Shown here piece by piece: positions 33,047 to 44,231 of a stretch of 64,000 nt of DNA (position 1 is its first letter; every line of letters starts with the position of its first letter). Both the position numbers and the translations under genes were made by a program. The stretch covers positions 542,448 to 606,447 of the forward strand of contig NW_008246082.1 in assembly GCF_000281045.1 (NCBI RefSeq), written 5' to 3'. This DNA comes from Saprolegnia diclina VS20. Taxonomy: Eukaryota. The notes under the pieces are model-generated. The model saw only the letters and a list, made by a program, of their open reading frames with translations. It was not told where the DNA came from and searched no databases.

Positions 33047-35394
33047 TTAGTTGGTCACGCGCGCCTCCTTGAGAATCTGCAGCGCCTTCTTGCTGTTGCC
33101 TTTCCTCAGCAGCACGTACACGAGCTGCTCGAGCGCGGCGCGGGACGTCGGGTACGTTCGCACGGCCAGCGCGACGTGTTGCTCGGCAAGCGCCATGTTT
33201 TTCTACCCAGAGCCTCAGTCATCTCTGGTCGATGCCAGTGTCTACCTGGAGCAAGCACGCGGTCGCATTGTTCACGTGGACGTCGGCCTGCACCGAGGCC
33301 GCGTCCAAGCGCGCGTCGCGCGCATACTCGTCGGCCAAGACGACCATTTCGTTCGTCTTGAGCAGCGGCGACGCCTCGTTCGAGCGCGACAAGAGACTCA
33401 GCGCCTCGGCCGCGTACGACCGCCCGAGGTACCGGTGACCCTTGGTGAGCGTCGGCACCGAGAGGAGCTCCCGGCACGTCGCGAGCGCGAGCTGCGGCTC
33501 GGCCAGACTCAAATACGCATACGCCAGGTGCACGAGCGCCTTTTGCCGCACTGCATCCAGCGCGTCGGCGGTCCACGCCGGCGCCTCCATCTCATACTCG
33601 GTCGCCCCCGACGCCTTGGCCTCAAGCAGCTGCGTGCAGAGCAGGAGGGCGTTGCGGAAGCACTTGACTGCGTACGGCAATGTCATGTTGGCGTCTACAG
33701 CGAGATAGCGTCAAATGGCGCAGGTGCAAGTGACAGGTACCGTCAGCGACAAGTGTCTCGGGTGCGCTGGTCGGCAGCACGACGCGGCGGTGCGGGCCGT
33801 GCCCAACGACCGCCTCGACGAGTTGGCTCTTGTACTCGAGGGGCACCGCGTCCCGAGACGCGGCCACGTACGCCGTGCAGCACTCGCCGAGCCGGAGCCA
33901 GAGCTTTGGCCGGTTGAAGAAGAGCCGCGTCGCGCCCGAGAAGCAGCGGAACGCGAGCGCAAACTTCTTTTGCAGCAGGAGCGTGAGCCCATTGTTGTAG
34001 AGCAGCTCTGCTTGCAAGGACGCCTACCCACGAGTGTTATAACACACACATAACTATATCCAAACGTGGCGTACGCTGAGCGGCTCGGGCTTGGAGCGGC
34101 GCTGGGTCTTGGTCGCGTTCAGCGCCTGGGCAAAGTACGACTGCGCCGCTTGGTGCTGGCCGAGCTGCGCGTGGATGCACCCCAAGTTGTTGAACAGGAT
34201 CGACTAAAATGGACGGTGAGGCGCTAGAATGGGATTTGAGATGACGCGCGTACGTCATCGACCGAGCCCTTCTTGCACGACGCGACGAGCTTGATCGACT
34301 TTTTGAAATTGCGCCGGAGGTACTCGAGCTGCGCCTTGAGGTAGAGCGCCGCCGTGTTCTGCACCGCAGGCGCAGGTACAAAGATGGCGCCGATGCCGAC
34401 GCCGAGCGAGGACGGCGTCGTCGTCACGGTCGCCGTCGATGGCTCCTTGGGCTTGATCTCCTTCTGGAATATCTCCATGGCCGACTTGACTTCCTTCTTC
34501 GCCACTTTGGCGTTCTCGTGCAAAAGCGCGACCTTGGCCTTGTACAGGTGGAAGCGGAATTTGAACTCGACAAGGCTACGCTCCTTGGCGGCTTGGTCCT
34601 TGACGGGTTCTTGGTCGTCGGCGAGACCGTTGAAGCCGTGCGGGCTTTCAAGGAACGCAAGGAGAGCGTGCGCCTTTTGCCGCATGTTGGTGAGCGCCGA
34701 CTCGGACATGGCGCTGCTCCGGCTGCTGTGCAACAGTACGTCGAGATACAGGAAGCAAATGTGCATGGCCACGACCTCGTCCATCGGCTCCATCGCGCGC
34801 AAAAGCGCATCGAGGAGCGAGGATGCGGACGCATACTTTTGCTGTCGAAAGTAGCACGCTGCGAGGTTGTAGCGCAGCAAGGTGGCGTCGCGCTCGGTGG
34901 ACAAGCTCTGGAACGAGAGGTTCACACCGCTAAAGACGATCGAGCGCGGCTTCTCGTAGTCCGAGTCGTCGTCCCAGTTGTCCTTCTCCTTGCGCAACTT
35001 GAGGCCAAGCCCGAGCATCGAGTCGGCGTGCTGTAATTGCGACACTGAGCCTTGCATCTCCGAGAGCAACGATGCGAGCGCCGTCTCAAACTCGGCGGGC
35101 TTGGACTTGCCGGCCAACAGCTGCGCCAGCGCCAAGTTGTGCTGCACGCGCGACTTCATCGGCCCCGCCTTCTCCTTGCTTCCCTTCTTCTCGCTGCCAT
35201 CGTATGCGCTCAACTGCCCGAGCAGCTCGACGGCGTCGGCGTACTTTCCTGCCCTATGGCCGTCGTCAGCCCACGCCTATGACGAGACCATGCGATCGGT
35301 GGGCGACGCCACCCATCTCCATGACTATGGCATGTACGTACGCCAAGTGGGCTTGCGCCCGCGCCGCGACCGAGCTCAAGCTTGAGCCGTCCAT
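33047..35394 (-). CDS. CNOT10: CCR4-NOT transcription complex subunit 10 (TPR; multi-exon)
   Basis: LKAQLEYLRRNFKKSIKL, FNNLGCIH and LLYNNGLTLLLQKKFALAFRCF...NRPKLWLRLGECC are characteristic CNOT10 blocks. Confidence 0.88.
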
Positions 35395-35900
35395 TTTCGT
35401 CGCTGATTTCCTTCTGTGTGGTCGCCTCGAGTTTGAGGACGGTGCTGGTCGACACTGGCATTGTATAGTATACTTTAAGCAAGTGCTTTGAATCAGCGTC
35501 GTCTTGGGGCCGGCTCGCGCATTCTTTTGCGTTCTTTTTAATCCTCATACAAAATACAAGATATAATGCACGCTTTTATTATATTCCAACGGTGCGCCGC
35601 GTCGGCGCCGGCAGACACGCGCCCGACGACGCTACCCTGGCAGGCGCACGGACGATGGCTCGGCAGGCGCAAGAAGCATGGGCTGTCGATCGCCCATGAG
35701 GCTGCAGGCGCATGCGCCATGCTCGAGCACGGCGCTGTGGATGCGTGGGCTATGCCAGGAGCGGACCTGGGGCCGAAGGATCGCTCTCGCGCCGCTTCAT
35801 GCGTTCAAAGCTCGGGAATGGCAACAACGAACAAGGTGCTTGGTGTGTATGCCCATAACTTTAGTATCCTATTTGTGTCGACTTAACTTCACTCCATCTA

Positions 35901-37446
35901 CTAGTTGGTCTGTGCAGGGCCACGGCCACCACGCCCGCCGGTCTTGGGCGCGGGTTTTCTGGCGTCCTTGGCCGCCGCGGGGCGAGGCTGGTCCGACTTC
36001 CGCGGGCCGTTGCCCTGGCCGCCACGACCATTGCCTCGACCGCTGGCGTTGCTGCGGCCACGACCGCCGTCCCGGCCACCGCCGCGACCGCCACCGTCCT
36101 TGCGCTCGCTGCGCTCAACGACCGAGAGCACTTGGTCGTGGAGGACGAAATCGGCACCGTGCGCCAGCGCCGCCTTGACGCTCTCGGCTTCGGCGTAGTC
36201 GACAAACGCAATACCACGGTTAGTCACCGTGACCGTCACGATCTTGCCAAAGCCGCGGAAGAGCTCGCGCATCTCGGCTTCCGTCGCCTGCGTCGGGACG
36301 TCCTTGATAAAGATGCTGTAGACGCGGGGCTTGCCAGCGGCCGGCGCCGACGTCGCGGCAACAACGGCGGCAGGTTCGTCCGCAGTCCACGAGGCAGCTG
36401 GTTGCTTTTTGCGAGGAGACTCGACGGGGGCGGGGGCAGGGGAGCTCACGGCCTTGACCGACGCAGCGGCAGGTGCACGGCCAAAGAGAGACGCCCAGCT
36501 CTTGGGCTCGCTGGGCGACGGCGTCACAGGCGCTTCCTCGACAGGGGCCTTGTTCTTGGGCGTGTGCTGCTTTTTCTGGCCCTTGGGCGACACGACCGGC
36601 GTCTGACGCTCACTACCAACACGCAACCATTAGGGTCAAGAGTCATAGGCAATATGAAATGTCGTACGCCTTGGGCGATTCCGGGCTCTTCGCTTCTTCA
36701 ACCTTCTTTACAGGCGACGCGGGCTTTACAACAGGCGTCGCAGGCTTGGCAGCAGGCGACGCCGGCTTGGCCACAGGCGAAGCAGGCACGGGCTTCGGGG
36801 AAAGCGGGGCCGCCTTCACCGGCGTCGCGGTCTTCACAGGAAGCGGCGGCGAGGCGACGGTCTGCGCCTTCGGGGACTTGAGGATCGTAGCATTAGTCGG
36901 CGTGTTGGCCGGCGTGTGCGTCGCTGTGCTCGTGGCCTGCTCCTTGGCCGCGACGACGGTTTGGGTCGACTTGGACGGCGACGGGGCTGGCGCGAGCTTC
37001 TTCGCGGGCGAGACGGGCACACTGTTGCGGGGCGCGGCGACCTCGAGGAAGCGAAGCACGTCGTTCAAGACAAAGTACCCGTTGGGCTGCACGGCCAAGA
37101 AGAACGTTTGCACAAACGGCGTCGGCGCGCTGTTCTTGAGCTTGATAATGCCCGTGACCATGACAATGACGCCGCCGTTCAAGCTCGCGTGGCAGTCGAT
37201 CGAGCCATTGTCAAGGTCGACGCGCGTGCCCACGTAGTTCTTGGCCATAATGGCCTCGCCGATCGCGGTCTGGCCCGAGATGGGCTCCTCCATTTGCGAC
37301 CCCGTCGCATGCGAGAAGCGGCTAATGTCCTTGTAGAACCGGTGCAGGTTCTGCGGCGTCTCCGTGAGGAGGTGGTAGTACTGCTTCACAAAGGTGTTAC
37401 CGACCGTGACCGGGTGCACGGCAGCGGGGGAGGCTTGGCCACTCAT
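35901..37446 (-). CDS. G3BP: G3BP/Rasputin-like protein (NTF2 + low-complexity linker + RRM + RGG)
   Basis: NTF2 VGNTFVKQYYHLL...LHRFY...FVQTFFLAVQ..GYFVLNDVLRF. KSWASLF motif. RRM SIFIKDVP...GIAFVDY. RGG-rich tail. One intron near 36605-36667. Confidence 0.9.
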
Positions 37447-38246
37447 CTTTCTTGCGCTTCGCCGAGAAAGACCAAACAAAAACTAACAAGTCCGCGCAGT
37501 TGAATCTGCGCCGCTTTTCGATCCCACATCCGGATACGGTCGCCGCGGCGGAGCCACAAGTTCCCACAACGCTGCCTTCCATAGTAAGGTCGCGTCCGTA
37601 TCCGGATAAAGAAGCGATCTTTGCGATCCAGAATGGCGCGCGGCCAGCGGCGGCGCGACTTGGACGAGTCTGTCAGCGCAATCTTGTCGGCTAAGGTCTT
37701 AGGCGTAAGCACACGCAGCGGGACGCCAGACACGGACGCGCGAATCTTCTATGCACAGCATCAGTTTATTGCTGGCTTCAACTAGGGGGTAGGGGTCCCC
37801 ACCCCTTCGTCCGCTTGATCACGTCGGCCCAGGGAAAATACAATGAGCTAGTTCGACACTAATCTTGTATCTTGGAGGGCAAACGCGGTTGCGGGATCTT
37901 AGCGGGCACATCGCCCTCAGAAGCTGGCATACGTGGCGGCGCGTCATCTCCTTTGCCTTGGCTGGATCGCTGGGCTGAGTAAAGATCTTGCGGAGGAATG
38001 GGAAGATGGGTATTTCATGCAGGGGACTCGAAGACACGTTTGGTGCGCTGGGACTTGGTCGTTGCGATACTAGATGGCTTGCGTATAAGGACGCAGATGG
38101 CCGAGGCTGCGGATGGAAGTCGTATGGAGAATTCGAGAAACTGGTTTCGCGCCTTTTTGAGTTCAGCAATTATCCGGTCCTCGGATATAGCGGTGTTGCA
38201 AACTGTTTTAAACACATTTGGGCAGCGAATTGGAACTTGCCGCGTG

Positions 38247-38273
38247 GACAACGACGACAACGACGACAACGAC
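38247..38273. repeat. 9-bp tandem repeat (GACAACGAC) x3 immediately before the Sec20 ATG
   Basis: Read directly. Confidence 0.85.
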
Positions 38274-38274
38274 G

Positions 38275-38883
38275 ATGGCAGCGACGTCCGTGTACGAGCG
38301 CGTGACGCAGCTGCTGCAGGACAAGGAGGCCCAAGCGGCGCTCTCGATCAAGGAAGGCAACCATCTCACGGAGCAGCTGGCGACCGCGATCCAGCGCTTG
38401 ACCGAGAAGATCCGCGAGGACCCGGACGGGCGAGACAAGTGGACGCAGCACAAGGCGCGCGGCGAGGCCTTGGCCAAGCAGTGGGCCGCCTGCATGCGCA
38501 AGCTGCGACTGGTGAAAGAGCATGAAGGACTCGTGGCTAAGGCGCCGGGCGCAACCAAGCCCCAGGAGAAGGCGCCGCACGTGGCCGTGAACCAGTCGCT
38601 CAAGCGCACGCAGCAGATTCTGCGCCAAGAAATGGACCGCGCCGGGCATGTCCAAGCGCGCCTTGTCGAGGGCAAGTCGCATCTCAAGCAGTCGAACGAC
38701 TCGTACACGGAGCTCGACGCCGAGCTCTCGCGCACACGAAAGCTCCTCACAGAGCTCCAGCTGCAAGCCAACAAAGACCGCATCTGGATCGGTGCTGGCG
38801 TCGCGCTACTCAGCATCTCTGTCACGATCATTGTGGTCGAGCGTCTCCCAGTGCTAGGCTTCTTCCTCTCCTATATCTATTAA
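38275..38883 (+). CDS. SEC20: Sec20/BNIP1-like Qb-SNARE
   Basis: SNARE coiled coil NQSLKRTQQILRQEMDR...LSRTRKLLTEL...DR followed by a C-terminal TM helix ending in RL, as in Sec20. Confidence 0.7.
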   Translation: MAATSVYERVTQLLQDKEAQAALSIKEGNHLTEQLATAIQRLTEKIREDPDGRDKWTQHKARGEALAKQWAACMRKLRLVKEHEGLVAKAPGATKPQEKAPHVAVNQSLKRTQQILRQEMDRAGHVQARLVEGKSHLKQSNDSYTELDAELSRTRKLLTELQLQANKDRIWIGAGVALLSISVTIIVVERLPVLGFFLSYIY

Positions 38884-39068
38884 CCCTTTGGTCCACTCCT
38901 CGTCCGTGCAGCCAAATGTTTGCAAGCAGTAGCAGTATTGTCGTAGAAGGCTGCGCATTGAACGCCGCCACGTTGACCACAGGCGTACGTGCAGTGCGAG
39001 ATGCAGATCTCGGGGACAATAGGCTCAGCAAACGCCCGTTTCGGATACCGAGAAAATATCGCACGTGC

Positions 39069-41007
39069 ATGCAGTCGCCGGGCAGCGACCGCAGCGAAGT
39101 GTCCGTCGAAGGACTCATTGACCGCTTCCGCCATGGCCTGCCGCTGCACGCGCGGTCGCCGCGACGCACGCCCACCCGCCGTCCGACGCTCGATGGCATC
39201 ATTGCCCAAGACATCCACGAGCTCGATGCGATCATCGAGCACGGCCGGACAAAGGAACCCATGCGTCGGCCAATAATGGCATCGCCAGCATCGCATGTCC
39301 CCATGCTGCACCGCACGGTATCAGTCGAGGACGACATTGCTGCCATGCTCCTCCACCAACAACAGCAGCAACAGTCGACGCAGCGACACGAGCCGGTGCG
39401 ACCGGCCACCGCCGACGTGCACGTGTCAGCGTCCACCGCCGACGTCATTCGCAACACGGGCATCGCGATTGACCGGGACATGGCCCAGGCGCTCGCGTCG
39501 TTCCAGCAATGGGAGGCAAGCCGGACGGAGATCGCGCCGTCCCCCGAGGCGCAGGCGGTGGCCACACTGCCACTCTCGGCGCTCACAATCGCGACCGAGC
39601 TCGACGCAGCCTTTGAGCTCCTCAACAAGAAGGCCAAAGAGTACCCGAAACCGGACGCAGCGCCCGTCACCAAGGTACGCGCCACGAACGTTGCGCTTGT
39701 TGCGATGCGTTGCGTAGGCGCCGTCCGCCGAGGCCGCCCAAGCCAAGAGTATTGTGCAGGGCCATGCGGTCGCCTCGGCGAGGGAGCTCCACGCGACGCT
39801 CGAGCGCTTGGAACAAGTGCGTCTTTCGCATGACACATAGGACTGTGTCATGTGGTGTAGGCAGCGGAGACCGCCGCCGCGACCTCGCCGCAGCTCGACC
39901 ACATCGTCCGAAGCCAAGCCATGACCGACGACCACGACTTGCGTGCCATCCTCGCCCGCATCAACATGGTAGAGCGCTATGGCGTCACGACGCTCAGATC
40001 ATATAGGTGGCGCCTATCGCCCCCACGTTGCTGTTTCCGCCAGCGTTTTCGCCGAGCTTGGAAGGCCCACACGACCCGGAGGCGTCGCTCATCGACGAGC
40101 TGCAACGGCTTAAGGCGATGGCGGCCGCCAAGACGCACGCCATCGAGGAGGCGTACGCACCGCTGTCCCCGCCGCCAAGACGCCGCTGTGAACCCGACTC
40201 GCCGCGCTCGAGCGACCAGGGTTGCAGCAGTAGCATCGATAGGGACAGCAACAACGACGACGACGAAGCCCACGCGTACGACGACGACGAAGCCCACGCG
40301 TACGACGACGATGGGTGCAACTTGGCGAGCTTGGCGCTCCACAGCCGGGCGATCGTCGAAGACTTGAGCGTTGCCATGTACACGCTTCGCCACCGGTAGT
40401 CCTCTCTTGTGCAAACAGAAGAAAAAGCTGCAACTTCGACGCAGGCTCGACTGCGATGCAAAGGAGCAGCGGGACCGCGACGAGAACGAGCTTCGCGAGA
40501 AGGACGCCAGAGCCAAAGCCAAAACGATGGCGGACGCGGCCAAGGCCAAAGCCAAGAGCGAGGCCAACGACTTGATCGCTGCCAAGGTACGGCGCCACTC
40601 GACAACACAACACACGGGGCGTCTAGGAGCGCGTCATGGGCATGACGTCCTGTCAGTTGGCCGCAAACGATGACAGTGACGACGTGTTTGTCCCTGCTGT
40701 TAATGTCGATCCGCGCCGGGACGCAAACCTGCCACCGGCGCCTCGTCCGTGGGACGACGCCGTGGACGTATTGCAGCGCTTTGATGCCTTGCTGCCGCCG
40801 ATGCACAACAGCAACCAAGACGACGATCGCTACGTACGACGCCAGCCATTCTCTTTCGATCCCGACGCACACGAGACAACGTACAACGGTCATCGACGCC
40901 GAGACGCGCCCCGGTCGTTCGAGTTGGACGGCCGACACGCTTGGCGGGATGACGAACCTGCGATCTACAAGGAAGCGCGACATCGGGACTACAGCGGACT
41001 GAGGTAG
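39069..41007 (+). CDS. Hypothetical protein (multi-exon, low complexity/coiled coil)
   Basis: MQSPGSDRSEVSVEGLIDRFRHGLP start, codon-biased exons and short introns. The 3' end is uncertain. Confidence 0.5.
40256..40303 (+). repeat. Exact 24-bp in-frame tandem duplication (DDDEAHAY x2)
   Basis: GACGACGACGAAGCCCACGCGTAC occurs twice in tandem. Confidence 0.9.
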
Positions 41008-41160
41008 CCACTCTTGAGTCTAGCCGGGACACGAGGAATCACGCTATATGCATAGCATTGATGAGCTCAAGGAGGCCCGGGAGCGCAAATTGCGGTGGCT
41101 CTTTCCGTCCTCGAGTCGTTTCTATTGATGTACAAAGCGTGTTCCAACGCCACAGTCTTG

Positions 41161-42733
41161 CTATTCTCCTAGTCGACGCAAGGTGCTGGCCGCCAGCTGC
41201 TCTCGGATCGTTGCGGCCAGTGGACGCCCGATGCTACCGTCGTTCACGAGCGCGGTCGGCGCTTCCGTCCGCTCGCGCTTGGCCGCAAACACAACCGCGT
41301 TCTTCGGCAGCGCGAGCACGTAGATCGAAGCAAAGTGGGGCGAGAGGAGCACCCGAAGCATCTCAAGCGACGCGTCTGCATCACCGGAGGCTTTCGGAAA
41401 GATGACGTTGATCGCGAGGCTGCCGTCACCCGTGAGCACGCGACTGGCGTCTGCCATGAACGCCGGTGTAAGGAACGACGCGGGCGGTGCACGCAGCTCG
41501 GTCGGCGCAGCGTTCCCGTCTTCGACATCGAGCACGAGCCAGTCCAAGGACGCGTCTGGCTGGCGGGCGACATAGGCTTCGCCCATTGCTTCGTGCAGCG
41601 AGAGGCGGTCGGACGGTATGAGGTGGAAGAATCGTTGGCTACAGTTTGGTCAAGAAGACAGGCAGAGTGGGTATCGAGTACCCTGCAGAGAGCATCGCGC
41701 GCGAAGGGTCAACGGCGTCCATGAGCACCTCGCCGCGCAAGTGTCTCTGTAGGAAGGTCGGGAGGACACCTGCGCCGGCGCCGAGCAAGCCAATGCGGAG
41801 GTTGTGGAGGCGCTCGGTGGGTAGCAGCGCGAGGCCGACGCAGAGACCCTTGTGCACGTCCAGGGCTAGCGCTGCGTCATTGATCGAACCGTCCTACGCG
41901 TCGTCGTGGGCGTGCGAGACGCAGAGTGACGCGTCTACCTCGTTGAGCAAGATTTCGCTTTGGACAAGCTCGAGGCGGTCAACGAAATGCAGCGACCGCG
42001 TCGGTGGCAGGCCATCTGTATCGGCTGACTTAGACATCTTATTGGGATTTGAGCGCTGTACCGAGAAAACTGTCCATGACCAGAATCTCGTCGTCTTCGT
42101 GGAGGATCGTGCGCTGGTACTTGGCATCGACCTCCTACAAGAAGGAGGTTCATAGAGCGGTGTGCGCTGCCAGCGGTACCTCTTGGAAGGCGTCAAGCAT
42201 CTCGGGCTCGAGCTCCGAAACAAGTTCATCGATGTCGTCGTACGTGAGGTTCTCGCCCGATCGGTGTACCTACTCACGTATGCGTCACGCGACGACAATA
42301 TGGTGGAAGGCACCTCGTGAATCACGACTTCCTTGAGGATGTGCGCGTCGGGCGTGATGGTCTCGGGCGACGGTGCGTCCAGCAGGATGCCTTCGCACTC
42401 GTTGGCAGCCAGCGTCCAGTCGTACTTGGAGATGAGCTGTTGCGGCCAGAACGGGTACGTCCGGCACTGCGTCGGCCGAGCCGGGTACACGCTGCATCGC
42501 TTGCCATCGAGGAAGATGCACTGGCTGTCGTCGTCCGTCTGGCGCAGGGCGGTCGCGCCATTCACGCTGCGCAGGTACGTTTTGGCAAACGTGGCTTTTG
42601 GCAAAGCGAGATGCTCGGCCATAGCTGCAACCTCGCTGCTGTTGACATAGGCGACGCCGCCTTTGCCGGTGCAGCAGCGCCCGCAGCCGGTGCACTTGAA
42701 GGCCACCTTGAAGGCCCGCGCTGTTGCTGCCAT
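41161..42733 (-). CDS. YkgJ/CxxCxxCC Cys-cluster domain fused to a METTL13-C/spermidine-synthase-like SAM methyltransferase (multi-exon)
   Basis: FKCTGCGRCC...CIFLDGKRCSVYPARPTQCRTYPFW...CEGI (YkgJ family). RSLHF....VQSE, LLGAGAGVLPTFL, DWLVLDV, APPASF and GSLAINV (METTL13 C-terminal type). Confidence 0.8.
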
Positions 42734-43001
42734 TCGCGCTGATGCTGGAAGATTGCTACAACCCGAGCTCCGCCGGCAAATGCATATTGTTTCCATTCGA
42801 GCTTCATATACCTATACAAATAGTAAATAGGGAAATGCATATATTGTGCGATTTAGAGCGCCGACATACAAAATCTAAAAAAATGCACCGAGAGCGATAC
42901 CATAGACAAGACAGTTGGCGTTTTAAACGGCCCTTCGCGGATTGGTCCGTTTGAATATTGATGTTTCCGGACGCCAATATATTGCATTCGGAGCAGAGAG
43001 C

Positions 43002-44188
43002 ATGAGCGCGACCATGGCACTGCATGCACTCCTCGACGACAAGCATCGATGGGCGTGGAAGATCATCGGAATCTGCCTCCTCTTGGGCATCGCTGGGCAG
43101 CTCGTCCCGAGCTACCTGCTGCGCGAGTCGCCGGGCGAGCGCCGGACGAACCTGGCCATGGCCCAGGCCGAGCTCCACCGCAAGAGCGACCTCGTCCGCG
43201 CCAAGTACGCAGCGCTGCAGGAGGAGCTCGACGTCTTCCAGACCTCTATCAGCGACGTGCTCAAGGCCATGGCCTGGCGAAAGGTGCGCGAAGAAGACTT
43301 CAACGCCGAGCGTGTTCAGCACATCCAGGGCGTGCGAGACTACATGGCCGAGCGTCAAGCCAAGATTGAAGCGATGGTGCTCGAGGCCGCCGAGTCGATC
43401 CAAGTAACCTTCCGGAATGCGCACAAGCAAGTCGGGTACGTCCCACCGCCCGACACGGAGGCTGAGCCGACGACACCCTCGGACGAGCCTACTGCAACAC
43501 CACACGATGCGCAAGAAGCTGATCCACCCGCGCCTTCGCCGTACGCCGACCTGCCCACGGTACAGCTCCAGCCGGCCCCAATCGAGACTGTCGAACCGAA
43601 GCCTGCGCTGGCGACCCCTGCCGTGCTGCCGCAGGTCACTCCTGCGCCGGCCCCTCGGCCCGTCAAGCCGCGCCCGAAAGCGACACCGACCACGGCTCCG
43701 ACACCGTCGCAGCCGTCTCGATGGATCCTCGAGAGCTGGTCTCTTTTGCAGATCGCATGTGGTCTGAGCTTCCTCGTGTTTGTGCTGGCCATGCTCAGCG
43801 TGCTCTATGAGCAGCAAGTCCAAGGCGGGTACCCCTTCACGCCCCGCAAGAAGACGCGCCTTCCTGCGTCGTCGCGTCGGCCATCCGGACTACGCCCCGC
43901 GCCGGGCCTCGACCGCATTGTACTTGAATATTCAAAAATTCCCTTGTCCTTACAGCGCGTAGACGCGCAACATGAACCAAGTCGACTTTGACAGCCTCGA
44001 AGACGACGAAGACGACGACGAGAATACCCGCGGGAGCTACTACGCGACCGAGGTACGTCATCTCGCCGAGACTTCTCCTGACTCGTTCGTCGACACTAGA
44101 GCGAGCTCTTGACCCCGGTGCCAGTGCGACGATCCCGGCGACTGCACCCTGGCGCCCCCAGCGTCTACCTCGGCTAGACAACACTTAA
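43002..44188 (+). CDS. Hypothetical membrane protein (two TM helices flanking a coiled coil and Pro-rich linker)
   Basis: TM WKIIGICLLLGIAGQLV, coiled coil, Pro/Thr-rich region, TM LLQIACGLSFLVFVLAMLSVLY. Short 3' exons are approximate. Confidence 0.6.
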
Positions 44189-44231
44189 TATAACATCGCA
44201 AACGTCGTCCCAAGGCGGTTGATGAGAAAGG

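Noticed and set aside
29018..37446. Functional cluster of mRNA/chromatin genes (SET-cyclin fusion, CNOT10, G3BP) on one strand
   Set aside because: Three adjacent housekeeping genes in a compact genome can co-occur by chance. No synteny or expression evidence is available.
37450..38170. Possible small spliced gene or uORFs upstream of G3BP
   Set aside because: There are splice-like signals and a protein-like fragment (PIFPFLRKIFTQPSDPAKAKE), but I found no in-frame ATG or consistent exon chain.
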